Source: a virus (taxonomy: Duplodnaviria; Caudoviricetes). Taken from it: a DNA stretch of 53,485 bases. The stretch spans positions 1-53,485 of the IMG/VR virus record IMGVR_UViG_3300023314_000002; one strand, 5' to 3'. Shown here piece by piece: positions 29,904-38,692 of this stretch. Made by a program: the position numbers and the translations under genes. A model generated the notes under the pieces. The model searched no databases. It saw nothing but the letters and a program-made list of their open reading frames with translations, and was not told the DNA's origin. How positions within the stretch are numbered: position 1 is the first letter of the stretch; each line of letters opens with the position of its first letter.

Positions 29904-30526
29904 TGGTTTTCTTCTGGTGGAATTTGTGATATGTATTTCGGTTTTTCAACTATCAATTCTGATATTTTATTTTCAGGCTTAAACCATACACCTTGCATCT
30001 TTTGTTTCCAATTTCTTACCTTATTCCCTTTTGAGTCTTTCCAATCTGCATCATTGTAATATCTGAATGCTTTTTCTGCTGAAATTTTAGTAAATCCGTT
30101 TTCAGTAAAGTAGCTTACAACTTCTTCTAAAATCGGTGGTATGAATACGTTAGTATTCTTTATTACTTTATCTATTACTATTACTTTAACTGTATCTTTA
30201 TCAGTTATGTTTGTTATAGGATTTATAACAGTGTTATCATTTGTTATACCTTGTTGTGTTTTGTTGTTTTTCCAACGTTCTTTCATTCCTTTTTTACCTG
30301 CATTTGAACGCTTTATTTTTTCATCTTTCCACTTATTCAAGTCTCTTTTCAAAGTTTGCTTTATAGGTTCAAATGCAATTTGTGTTATTTTATCTGGTGC
30401 AATTGGATTTAAGTCATTTATGTAGTGGCAATAATGTTTAATTAATCTTCCAGCTTCTTTGTCTGACAACGCATCGAAAGTGTGTATCATGTCGACATAA
30501 AATAAAACTACTTTTTTATCTTCCAT
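29897..30526 (-). CDS. Replication initiator / replisome organizer (DUF6291-like)
   Basis: LSDKEAGRLIK, AGKKG..RW, FIPP.LEEV..Y and VRNWK motifs; upstream of the helicase. Confidence 0.8.
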   Translation of the reverse strand: MEDKKVVLFYVDMIHTFDALSDKEAGRLIKHYCHYINDLNPIAPDKITQIAFEPIKQTLKRDLNKWKDEKIKRSNAGKKGMKERWKNNKTQQGITNDNTVINPITNITDKDTVKVIVIDKVIKNTNVFIPPILEEVVSYFTENGFTKISAEKAFRYYNDADWKDSKGNKVRNWKQKMQGVWFKPENKISELIVEKPKYISQIPPEENQW

Positions 30527-30801
30527 TACGGTTTCACTTTAAATCTTAAAATAACTTGTTGTGCTGTTAATCTTTTACCGGATATGTCGTTGTTTAAAAC
30601 CATAAATAATGTAGTTGTGTCTGCACCGTAAGGTAATTTATCAAACATCAAATGGTAAATAACATTTACGATTGATTCTCGATGTGATAATATTTCTTTG
30701 CAGCTCGCTCTATTATCAGAAAGAAATTTTGGATTATCACAAACCGAATAGTAAGCATTAATTAGCTTAGTTAGAGTTATAATTTTATTGCTCATACACA
30801 A
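30526..30801 (-). CDS. Hypothetical protein
   Basis: First ORF after the structured leader; coupled to the initiator gene. Confidence 0.6.
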   Translation of the reverse strand: MCMSNKIITLTKLINAYYSVCDNPKFLSDNRASCKEILSHRESIVNVIYHLMFDKLPYGADTTTLFMVLNNDISGKRLTAQQVILRFKVKP

Positions 30802-30814
30802 AATGTATTAGGTT

Positions 30815-30954
30815 AAAAAAGGGTTCTGAAGCGTGCCGTTTAGAAAGTAGAAATTATCACAAATCAAACAACCGTTGACAGCACTTCAGAACTTATTTTA
30901 AAAAGAAAATTATCATTATTTTACGGAGTTTGCAATTTGTGATGTCCAAATATA
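30815..30954 (-). promoter_or_regulatory. Promoter plus structured attenuator-like leader of the replication operon
   Basis: TATATTTG at 30954..30947; terminator arms 30881..30892 / 30823..30836 with T-tract; 9-nt complement 30935..30943 / 30856..30864. Confidence 0.65.
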
Positions 30955-31143
30955 ATACTAATTACTGAAACAAACAAATCTTTTTTCACTTTTCTAAAAT
31001 AATTCTAATTGAGTACCGTATTTAAACTTTTTCAAATCATCAGAAATTATTTTAAGCTTTATTTTTGTAGACTCTAAACTAAGCCAGTATTCATAAGTCA
31101 TTGGATATTCCATTATAATAGTCTTAGCTGTGATTTGTATTCT

Positions 31144-31524
31144 TTAAATAAGCATTAATTGATTTTTTGCCTCGACACATTCTTCATTAATACCTTTTCC
31201 GTCAATCCAATGTTGTGAAAATAACTTTTTAAGTATTTCGAAAACATAAATCATAGGCGTAAGATATTCGTAATCGTAATAGTTAAAGTATTTGTTTATT
31301 TTATGAATAAATCCACCATATGTAGAACCTCTCATTTGTAATCTCGGTTCAAATGAATAGCCTGATGAGTGCGGAAATCTATTTATTAGTTCTTGAAAAA
31401 ATTCAACATCTTTTTGTATTGCTTGAACTTTTCTTTGAAATTCCCAATCGTCTTTTAAGTTACAATATTCAGCATATTTTAAAAATATTTCTTTAATTTC
31501 TTCGTTGCAATTTAAAGTTATCAT
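31144..31524 (-). CDS. Hypothetical protein
   Basis: 126-aa ORF. Confidence 0.7.
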   Translation of the reverse strand: MITLNCNEEIKEIFLKYAEYCNLKDDWEFQRKVQAIQKDVEFFQELINRFPHSSGYSFEPRLQMRGSTYGGFIHKINKYFNYYDYEYLTPMIYVFEILKKLFSQHWIDGKGINEECVEAKNQLMLI

Positions 31525-31676
31525 AATTTTGTTTTTATTAATTAGTTAATTGGTTTATTCTTTTGATTCTTTGCCACATTTTAGGCACTTATAAAAGTTG
31601 TAATGGCTGTCATTATACCAAAATTTCCATTGGTGCTCGCAGTGTTCCTGTTCTTGTAATTCTTTTGTTATTAGTG

Positions 31677-32003
31677 TCATCGTGGAAAGTGTTTAAAATG
31701 TTGGTCTTGTGGAAAATAATTATCAGTTGGTTCTGCTTTACAATCTAAAATATAAGGCAATTCTAAGCTAAAATTTTCAAATGTCTGAAATGGTTCTTTC
31801 CAAATTAAATCACGACCATTAATGTATTTATCTCTGTTTTCTCTTGAAGTAAATCCATAATGTCCATAGTGAAGAAAGTGAAACCCTTTATCTAAATTTT
31901 TACCAAAAGGATAAATTCCATTTTCTTCATCAGCAAGCCTTTTTAGTGTGTTTTCTGGCTTATTATATTCGATCCAATCTATTTCTTCTTGTGTGATTTC
32001 CAT
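31677..32003 (-). CDS. Hypothetical protein
   Basis: 108-aa ORF coupled to the upstream gene. Confidence 0.7.
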   Translation of the reverse strand: MEITQEEIDWIEYNKPENTLKRLADEENGIYPFGKNLDKGFHFLHYGHYGFTSRENRDKYINGRDLIWKEPFQTFENFSLELPYILDCKAEPTDNYFPQDQHFKHFPR

Positions 32004-32440
32004 TAGTAATTTATTTTAGATTGTTCGCCTGGAGGTGGAATTATGATGTTTAAAAATTCATCAGCAAATATTATTATCTTATCTAAATATTCACCAAATT
32101 CGGTTGTCGTTAATTCGGTTGTCGACATTGGTAATTTAATCACTTCTCCAGTATTTTCATTTACTAATTCCTTATAATGAAAGCTGCCTTTTAGAAATTC
32201 GTGTGTAGCATCTACCGTTAATTGATAACCTTGTGTTTCTAATAATCCTTGTTGTATGCAAGGTATAACAGCACCAAAATAATATCTATTTTGTAGAGAA
32301 CTTCTTTTTTTTCTCTTTCGTGTTATAGTTATTTCAACTTCTTTGCCAATCAGATAATGTAATTGAGAATCGAATATCTTACGATTGTAGATGTATAGAT
32401 TTCCATCCTCTTTTACATTTCCTGTGGCTTCTATTTTCAA
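32003..32440 (-). CDS. NinB/Orf-like recombination accessory protein
   Basis: KRSSLQNRYYFG, HEFLK and STTELTT.EF..YLD.I motifs; next to ERF. Confidence 0.7.
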   Translation of the reverse strand: MKIEATGNVKEDGNLYIYNRKIFDSQLHYLIGKEVEITITRKRKKRSSLQNRYYFGAVIPCIQQGLLETQGYQLTVDATHEFLKGSFHYKELVNENTGEVIKLPMSTTELTTTEFGEYLDKIIIFADEFLNIIIPPPGEQSKINY

Positions 32441-33075
32441 ACGCTTGAATCTTTAATTCTGTTTTCAAGATTTTTTTTCCATTCAGATTTTATTGAAAAT
32501 CCATCTTTTGTGTATTTTTCGATTGTTGCTTTTATTGCATCAATTTTTTCTGATTTCATTGCATTATCATATGTTGCTTGGTTTAGCCATATAATTTGTG
32601 GTGGTGGTGGTGTTTTTTTACGTTCCTCTTCGTCTTTTTTGCGTTGCAATTCATCAGGATCATCCGCGTCAGTTGGAATATGAAAGTATTTTAAAAGGAA
32701 ATAACGTTCACCATATGTTAAAGCAGAACCTACACCTTTGTCCCAATCATTCATTCCGTTTGCAGCAAATAGATTTTCATCTTTTTCACCAGTTTCACAA
32801 TCTATCCATGTAAACTTCATGAATGCAGTAGAAAGTATTTCACTTTTTATTTTCTCTTTTGGTGTGAAATGTCCAACTGTATAATCATGCCTTACATTTA
32901 CTAAATTTAAAATTTCCTGTTTAAGAAGCAATTTATTTGCATTCATTAATGGTCTTATCTCATTTAGTACTGAATTTCCATCTACATATTTATATTGATT
33001 TGTAGATTTATTTTTGTAGAAACCTTCAATATGTTCTTGTATTGAAAGAAGCTTTGAATATAATTTATTTTCCAT
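32437..33075 (-). CDS. erf: ERF-family ssDNA annealing recombinase
   Basis: YKY and DKGVGSALTYGERYFLLKYFHIPTDADDPD motifs. Confidence 0.9.
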   Translation of the reverse strand: MENKLYSKLLSIQEHIEGFYKNKSTNQYKYVDGNSVLNEIRPLMNANKLLLKQEILNLVNVRHDYTVGHFTPKEKIKSEILSTAFMKFTWIDCETGEKDENLFAANGMNDWDKGVGSALTYGERYFLLKYFHIPTDADDPDELQRKKDEEERKKTPPPPQIIWLNQATYDNAMKSEKIDAIKATIEKYTKDGFSIKSEWKKNLENRIKDSSV

Positions 33076-33097
33076 AGTTTATAATTTGTTATTTGAA

Positions 33098-33475
33098 TCA
33101 AAATGGCAATGATTCGTCGATTTCATCATTAGTAATATTTTCATCAATTACAGCGTTTTTATGGCTTTCATGTTCTTTTTTTGCATAGTCTGAATTTTTT
33201 ACAGACCAAGCATCAATAGAAGTGAACCAACCTTTTGCAGTTTCTTTGCACTTAAAGTTGAATGATACTTCCACTTCGTCAAGTTCATTATTGTATTTTA
33301 AAAACTTATCTACTTTTTCTTCGCCAAATAATTGAAACTTTGCAGATTGCGGATATTCACCGCCTGTTTCTCTTACAATAAATTCAACTGCTTTCCAGTC
33401 TTTACCGTTTGATGTTCCTGTTTTAATGTCAAAGATTTTTTCTATAAATCCTGTAAATTTAAATTGGTTTGCCAT
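33098..33475 (-). CDS. Single-stranded DNA-binding protein (DUF3127 family)
   Basis: YPQSAKFQLFG, VEVSFN, WFTSIDAW and acidic tail ending LPF. Confidence 0.88.
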   Translation of the reverse strand: MANQFKFTGFIEKIFDIKTGTSNGKDWKAVEFIVRETGGEYPQSAKFQLFGEEKVDKFLKYNNELDEVEVSFNFKCKETAKGWFTSIDAWSVKNSDYAKKEHESHKNAVIDENITNDEIDESLPF

Positions 33476-33500
33476 GTGTTTATTTTATTAGTGAGTTAAG

Positions 33501-33653
33501 TTAAAATTTAATTACTGGTTTTATTTTAATATTGCAAGGAACACACAAATAAGGTGTTCTAATTCTTTTACCACATTTTGGACATGGATATTTATCTGTA
33601 CTTTTCCATGATTTGATATTAATTACTAATTCTATTGGTTCTGTGCCTTCCAT
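33501..33653 (-). CDS. Small zinc-ribbon protein (not in ORF track)
   Basis: 50 aa with CPKC and CVPC, translated by hand. Confidence 0.55.
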   Translation of the reverse strand: MEGTEPIELVINIKSWKSTDKYPCPKCGKRIRTPYLCVPCNIKIKPVIKF

Positions 33654-33670
33654 AATAATAAGTTTATATT

Positions 33671-33874
33671 TTAAACTAAATTCCAGGTGTTATCCATATT
33701 TAATATGCCATCTATTTGATAGCTATCATTATCAATAGTTATCTTTTTGTTTTTGTGTTCTCTGTTTTTATCGAAAAATTCTAAAGCTTTCTTTTCTGCT
33801 TCTTCTTTTGAAGATGCTTTAATGTTAAATGATAAAATAGCTTTATAGCCAATAGTAATACTAAAATTTGTCAT
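33671..33874 (-). CDS. Hypothetical protein
   Basis: 67 aa with IKASSKEEAEKKA pattern. Confidence 0.65.
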   Translation of the reverse strand: MTNFSITIGYKAILSFNIKASSKEEAEKKALEFFDKNREHKNKKITIDNDSYQIDGILNMDNTWNLV

Positions 33875-33894
33875 AATAAATAAATTAGATTTGG

Positions 33895-34041
33895 TTAAAT
33901 TAATTCTGATAATGATTTTCTACACTTTATACACTTTGCTTCTGCTGAATTAAATACTTCTTTTAATTCAAAAAGATGCTTACATTCTCTTTTTATAAAC
34001 CTATTTAGAAGCTCTTTTATTAAAGTGATAAATTGTTTCAT
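33895..34041 (-). CDS. Small Cys/His protein (not in ORF track)
   Basis: 48 aa, CKH..CIKC; first ORF after the structured leader. Confidence 0.55.
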   Translation of the reverse strand: MKQFITLIKELLNRFIKRECKHLFELKEVFNSAEAKCIKCRKSLSELI

Positions 34042-34060
34042 CGTTTAGATTTTAGACAAT

Positions 34061-34181
34061 AAAAAAGACCGCCAAAGTCTGAACCTAAAGACGGTGTAAG
34101 CATCTTAAAGAAAAGCCAAAGGCGGTAGATTGTAATATAATGAATCACCTTACACGTGATTTTTAATTCTGTACAATATTA
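34061..34181 (-). promoter_or_regulatory. Promoter plus kissing-loop/terminator leader of the recombination operon
   Basis: TAATATTG at 34181..34174; hairpin loops GTGTAAG and CTTACAC; ACCGCC/GGCGGT stem followed by T-tract. Confidence 0.7.
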
Positions 34182-34375
34182 CAATTTTTTTTTAAGTATT
34201 ATAAAGAATTAATGCTATAATTATGAATACAATTAAAAATGCAAATATTGCACCCCAAGATGAAGATCCAAAGAATAAAAAGCCATCGGATAATCCATCT
34301 AAATAATCATTGTCGTCGTCGTCAAACATAATTTAAATTTTATTTGTTTATAATTGATTTAATAATTAAAAAAGA

Positions 34376-34422
34376 GTAGCGAGCCTAAATGAAAACCCTT
34401 TACATAAATAACGGCTCGCTAC
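34376..34422 (-). terminator. Inverted repeat / terminator downstream of the tRNA-like element
   Basis: GTAGCGAGCC-N27-GGCTCGCTAC followed by TCTTTTTT on -. Confidence 0.55.
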
Positions 34423-34439
34423 CTGACCTGTCACAGTCG

Positions 34440-34542
34440 TTGTGGTGGTAAGACTTGAACTTACATTAATCAGGACTTTCGCATTCGACCTATCTGATTT
34501 CACTGATGCACCAGTAGCGTTAACCAATTCCGCCACACCACA
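34440..34542 (-). tRNA. Non-canonical tRNA-like RNA / pseudo-tRNA (anticodon undetermined)
   Basis: Acceptor stem TGTGGTG/CACCACA, D arm GCG-GAATTGGTTAA-CGC, T arm GTAAG-TTCAAGT-CTTAC; anticodon loop only 4-6 nt; about 37-nt variable arm; no encoded CCA. Confidence 0.7.
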
Positions 34543-34547
34543 ATATT

Positions 34548-34769
34548 TTAAAGAACTTTTTTCTTCTTATGTCTATACAAAAATTCATCTGTATATGAAG
34601 CTCTACTTACTATCTGAAAATATGCTTTAACACGTCCGTTATTAATGTTGTGTTGTCCATATTCATTTATTAAGCGAGTCTTTATTTTTCCTACATCTGC
34701 AAAGTCTGATTTTTCAACTATTGTTTCGCCTAAAAACTCAATTACAAGAGTCGGTTTTAATACACTCAT
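34548..34769 (-). CDS. Hypothetical protein
   Basis: 73-aa ORF ending just before the tRNA-like element. Confidence 0.6.
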   Translation of the reverse strand: MSVLKPTLVIEFLGETIVEKSDFADVGKIKTRLINEYGQHNINNGRVKAYFQIVSRASYTDEFLYRHKKKKVL

Positions 34770-34851
34770 AAAGTTAAATTATAAAGGCTCAAAAGAAGTA
34801 TCAAAACAGGTATTACTATCTTGCAAAAGTATTCGTATTTCTGGTATCTGC

Positions 34852-35052
34852 TCATTTGTATTGTGGATTATTCCCTATAAAATCGTATTGCCAATCCTCT
34901 GTAAATCCACATCTAAAACACTTGTGCTGTCCCCAACTTGATTGATGATTATGCATAACAAAAAGACTGTACATTGAGTGTCCTTTTTCAAAACATATAT
35001 GGTCTTTATTTAAAGGCAATTTCCCTTTTTCTTGAATTTCTTGTTCTGTCAT
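34852..35052 (-). CDS. Hypothetical zinc-finger-like protein
   Basis: C...GH and HKCFRCG motifs. Confidence 0.6.
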   Translation of the reverse strand: MTEQEIQEKGKLPLNKDHICFEKGHSMYSLFVMHNHQSSWGQHKCFRCGFTEDWQYDFIGNNPQYK

Positions 35053-35056
35053 AAAT

Positions 35057-35527
35057 CTATTTTAAAGTATTTATATCTATTGCCAATCCTTTTTCAATTA
35101 GCTTATGAAAGTCAAAGTGCCAACTTAAAAGTATCTCATAAAAAGAAGCTGAAATAGAGTTCATTATATTTTTAGTATGTATTACATCATAATCACTTCT
35201 ATTATCAGCAAATTCCCACTGAATAAAGATTGATTCTTCATATTCGTTAATAATAAACTTAATAGGTTCTTTTAGCAAAGTTTTATAGTAAACTCTTTCA
35301 ATTGGCATAAATGGTTTCCCTTCATTATAACCATCAATAGTTATTTCTTTTGTAAGGTCGGTCAATGGTCTAAGTATTGGTTTATGTAAGTTTTCAATTG
35401 CATCTTGAAAAGAAATTGTTTCGGAATCCATTCTATCTTCAATAGTAACTTCATAAATATTGTGATTATGAAATACTTTCAATCCATAAGGCAAATAACA
35501 TGCTAAGTGTTTCAATTCTAATTCCAT
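35057..35527 (-). CDS. Hypothetical phage protein (YopX-like)
   Basis: YLPYGLK, KPILRPLTDL and WHFD..LI..GLAID motifs. Confidence 0.75.
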   Translation of the reverse strand: MELELKHLACYLPYGLKVFHNHNIYEVTIEDRMDSETISFQDAIENLHKPILRPLTDLTKEITIDGYNEGKPFMPIERVYYKTLLKEPIKFIINEYEESIFIQWEFADNRSDYDVIHTKNIMNSISASFYEILLSWHFDFHKLIEKGLAIDINTLK

Positions 35528-35659
35528 AATATCTATTTTACAAAGTGAGCTAAAAAAATTACTAAAAAGAAAAGTACCGCTATCACAGGAGCTTCAAGGC
35601 ATCCTCTGCCTATTTCCTCTATGTCTATTTCTGTTGGTTCGTCTTGCATGGCTTTAATA

Positions 35660-36028
35660 TTAAATGGTCAAATATTGTCCTGTGAAAATTATATCTATTC
35701 CTTCTTCTTTGAAATGAAGAATTAATTTTGCCTCTCTTTCTTGAGAAGTTATACTTTCATCATCATTTATAGATACTGCTATTTTTGTGAACTCGTTGTC
35801 AAATCCTCTTTCATTTAATAATAATGAACCGATTTTAGGATTATTCAAAGATGATGGCAAAGCTTTTCCTTTTAAATCATCTTCCTTGATGCCTAATTGT
35901 TGGACGCAAAACCCAAGACAACACATGAAACCTTCTTTGTTTAATAGAAAAGTTGTACCAAATCCTGTTTTATTTTTACTGTCAGCGCCAGTGCGCCATA
36001 GTCCTCTATCAATTATTAATCTTTCCAT
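35660..36028 (-). CDS. Hypothetical protein
   Basis: G.MCCLG and IND motifs. Confidence 0.7.
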   Translation of the reverse strand: MERLIIDRGLWRTGADSKNKTGFGTTFLLNKEGFMCCLGFCVQQLGIKEDDLKGKALPSSLNNPKIGSLLLNERGFDNEFTKIAVSINDDESITSQEREAKLILHFKEEGIDIIFTGQYLTI

Positions 36029-36157
36029 TTTTGTAATATTTATCAGTTATCAATATCCATCGCTCTTTCCTTTCTTCATCGTATAGAAAATGCTTTAAAC
36101 ATTCCTTTGCTATTATTGGATTTACGTTGTGTAGCTCGGTGCAGATGTGTGGCTTCA

Positions 36158-36358
36158 TTATTCTTCAAATAGGCTTAAAAAATCAATTACAATACATCTT
36201 ACACCTAATGCAAACAATAATAAACTGCATTCTATTAATATTATTAACGGTGGGTTTGTATTAGGCTTAGGAACGGCAGTTGCGCACATCACTAATACAA
36301 ATAATATATCAATAGCTAAAATAGCTAATAATATAAGTTTTGCTGTTTTTCTTTTCAT
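36158..36358 (-). CDS. Small two-transmembrane protein
   Basis: Two hydrophobic stretches in 66 aa. Confidence 0.55.
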   Translation of the reverse strand: MKRKTAKLILLAILAIDILFVLVMCATAVPKPNTNPPLIILIECSLLLFALGVRCIVIDFLSLFEE

Positions 36359-36375
36359 AATTTAAAATTTAAATC

Positions 36376-36406
36376 GTAGCAACGGCAACCCTTTTACCGT
36401 TGCTAC
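36376..36406. repeat. Intergenic 10-bp inverted repeat (hairpin)
   Basis: GTAGCAACGG-N11-CCGTTGCTAC. Confidence 0.75.
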
Positions 36407-36424
36407 TTAATTAATAAAAACCCT

Positions 36425-36949
36425 CTATATAACTTTTTCTAATGATGGATGCGCTGCCAAATCAGAGCGTAATTTATTTTTTTCATCAGTAATACTGTCC
36501 AACTCTAAAAGAACGTCTAAAACAGCACTTAATCCATTAAATTGGTCTTCAAGTATTTGTTGTTCGGTACTAATATAATAATCTCTCCAACTAATTCTTG
36601 TGCTTATTTCAAATGCAAATTCAATTTTTGCAAGTTCTTCTACACTATAGCCGGTTTCTTTTATAACCAAACGTCCTTTTTCTTGATTATACGTGTCTCC
36701 TAAGGAAAGAGATTGATACCCATTGTGTGTCTCAAAAAGGAATTTCCAATCGGATATATCTAAATCATCTTTTGTTAAAATTGAAGTTTGATAAGTTAAT
36801 TCTAATGGATTTGGAACCATAAGTCTATGTGAGCTGGCTACCATATTACCTACTGCACATGCCGAGCAGTGTCCTTTTGCTAAAGTTCCGTTATGGTACG
36901 CATTTACCAAAGCCGTATAGGCACGATTAAATCTTTCTGATTGTTTCAT
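36425..36949 (-). CDS. Hypothetical protein
   Basis: CSACAVGN and TGYSVEELAKIE.AF motifs. Confidence 0.75.
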   Translation of the reverse strand: MKQSERFNRAYTALVNAYHNGTLAKGHCSACAVGNMVASSHRLMVPNPLELTYQTSILTKDDLDISDWKFLFETHNGYQSLSLGDTYNQEKGRLVIKETGYSVEELAKIEFAFEISTRISWRDYYISTEQQILEDQFNGLSAVLDVLLELDSITDEKNKLRSDLAAHPSLEKVI

Positions 36950-36951
36950 TT

Positions 36952-37176
36952 TTATTTATTTAGTGATTTAAGATATAACTCTATTTTTTGCAATACATCG
37001 CTTCGACATTCTTTGTCTGTCACAACTGATTTATAAGTGCGTGAATTAATTCCTATTGCTATCCTATGAGCGTTACTTGAAAAGAAATTCTTTCTATTTT
37101 CAGTAAGCTGTTTAAAAATATCATTAGGTATTTTTTCTCTACCTATTGAACGCCCTTTTGTTATTGTTTGTGCCAT
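36952..37176 (-). CDS. Possible Cro-like HTH protein
   Basis: 74-aa basic ORF, first after a consensus promoter; IAIGINSRTY..V pattern. Confidence 0.4.
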   Translation of the reverse strand: MAQTITKGRSIGREKIPNDIFKQLTENRKNFFSSNAHRIAIGINSRTYKSVVTDKECRSDVLQKIELYLKSLNK

Positions 37177-37193
37177 GTATTAATTTTGTATTG

Positions 37194-37201
37194 CAAATGT
37201 A
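37194..37201 (-). promoter_or_regulatory. Bacteroidota -7 promoter motif TACATTTG
   Basis: Exact TAnnTTTG with an upstream TTTG, after a terminator. Confidence 0.65.
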
Positions 37202-37266
37202 ATACGCATTTATTTAATAAGCAAATTTATTTTCAATAATTCTTATTTTCTTGACATTTATCAATT

Positions 37267-37293
37267 AAAAAAGGCTCGCATCTCTGCAAGCCT
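37267..37293 (-). terminator. Intrinsic terminator after the endolysin
   Basis: AGGCTTGCA-GAGA-TGCGAGCCT followed by T-tract on -. Confidence 0.75.
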
Positions 37294-37331
37294 AAACCAT
37301 ATAACTATGAAAAATATTGCTGTGCAGCAAT

Positions 37332-37823
37332 TTATTGTGATGCGAAAAGATTATATTCAGCCTTTCGTCTATTAATTAATCCATTTAATTTCTTTCCTTT
37401 TGATGTTATTGCAGTAGAAATAAATTTAGCTTCTAAATTAGGTTTATTTTCATTTACATAGCTCCATAATTCGTATGGTTTCCACTTCAAGTTTTTATCA
37501 TTATATCCACCACCTGTATTGAAAGCAAAAGATACCATGGCTGAATATTCATTATCTGTTAGTTCTCGCTTAATCAGACGTTTTGCAACAGATTCAGCAT
37601 TCTTTAAGTCCTCTAAAAGCAACTCATTGGCTTTTTCTTCAGATATTACTGTGTTCCATTTTATCCATTTTCCGGTGCTTCCATAACCTATGGAAATAGT
37701 ACCTAATATTTTCGTTGTGGCTGTTAGTATAACTTTCGGTTGAAAGTCATCATATGCACGCAAAAAAAGCTTTTCATAGCCTTTTATTAAATCGATTCCT
37801 TTTTGATTTAGTTTCATACCCAT
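37332..37823 (-). CDS. Endolysin, GH24 phage lysozyme
   Basis: GIDLIKGYE..L.AY.D, IGYG, A.VSFAFN.G and GLINRRKAE motifs. Confidence 0.92.
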   Translation of the reverse strand: MGMKLNQKGIDLIKGYEKLFLRAYDDFQPKVILTATTKILGTISIGYGSTGKWIKWNTVISEEKANELLLEDLKNAESVAKRLIKRELTDNEYSAMVSFAFNTGGGYNDKNLKWKPYELWSYVNENKPNLEAKFISTAITSKGKKLNGLINRRKAEYNLFASQ

Positions 37824-37870
37824 AGCTTAGACTTTATTTCTTCTTTTGTAATAGTTTTCATTTTTTATAA

Positions 37871-38692
37871 TTATGCTCGAATTGCTTCATAAATTGTTTT
37901 CTTTCCGGAAATTACATCTTCTAAACTTTTGTCTGGAATATCAGCAAAATCAACTTCACAAATAATGCTACAACTTGGCATTATTTCTTTTGTCATTCTT
38001 CCAGCTTTAGGATTTAATTCATCTAAGAAAGTTCCATTAATACAACTATATCCTACTTTTCGTTCAATTTCAGCCATTCTTTTAAATACAAAAGGAAAGT
38101 CAATCCGTATTTTGTTCCAATAACCTTTTCCTCCTTTTACACAACCTATACAGTTGTTGTTATTGTAACCAAGTTTATACATTTCTGGAAGTTCAATCCC
38201 AGCATTTAAAAGCAATCCAGCACATTGATTCTTATTTATACCTTTTTCTATTAATGGAAATAACGGATTTGTATAAGAATATTGCTGACCATGTCTGATT
38301 GCTCTGTTTATTTCTTTTTTCTCAAATTCAAACCCCCAAACCTGATTGTTAATTACATTCTCATTAAAAAGAGATAATCCATGCAATGCCTCTAATTCAT
38401 ATCTAACTTCTTTCTTTAAAATACGTGTACATGGTGCGCCTTGTGGTGTATTTACTGCGCCTGTTTTTTCAATTACATCAAATTGGTCATTTGCTTCTTT
38501 GCTTTTTATCAATTTAATTTTCTTGCCATACCAATTTTCACAATCAGATTTAAACCTTTCGTTGTCTGAATGTGCTGTGTCAATTCCAATATAATATAAT
38601 TCTACATTTTCATACATTTCTAACGCCATTTTACATGCAACAGCAGAAGTAACTCCAGCAGACCACCAAGCAACAATAAACCCATCTTTCAT
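37871..38692 (-). CDS. PP-loop / PAPS-reductase-like adenine nucleotide alpha-hydrolase
   Basis: WWSAGVTSAVA, PCTRILKK, FPLIE, MYKLGY.NNNCIGCVKGG.GYW and terminal C...C motifs. Confidence 0.8.
   Translation of the reverse strand: MKDGFIVAWWSAGVTSAVACKMALEMYENVELYYIGIDTAHSDNERFKSDCENWYGKKIKLIKSKEANDQFDVIEKTGAVNTPQGAPCTRILKKEVRYELEALHGLSLFNENVINNQVWGFEFEKKEINRAIRHGQQYSYTNPLFPLIEKGINKNQCAGLLLNAGIELPEMYKLGYNNNNCIGCVKGGKGYWNKIRIDFPFVFKRMAEIERKVGYSCINGTFLDELNPKAGRMTKEIMPSCSIICEVDFADIPDKSLEDVISGKKTIYEAIRA

Noticed and set aside
33501-33653. Suspected frameshift in the small zinc-ribbon ORF
   Set aside because: Careful re-translation shows CPKC and CVPC are in the same frame
34442-34630. 62-aa plus-strand ORF
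   Set aside because: It is the antisense reading of the tRNA-like element
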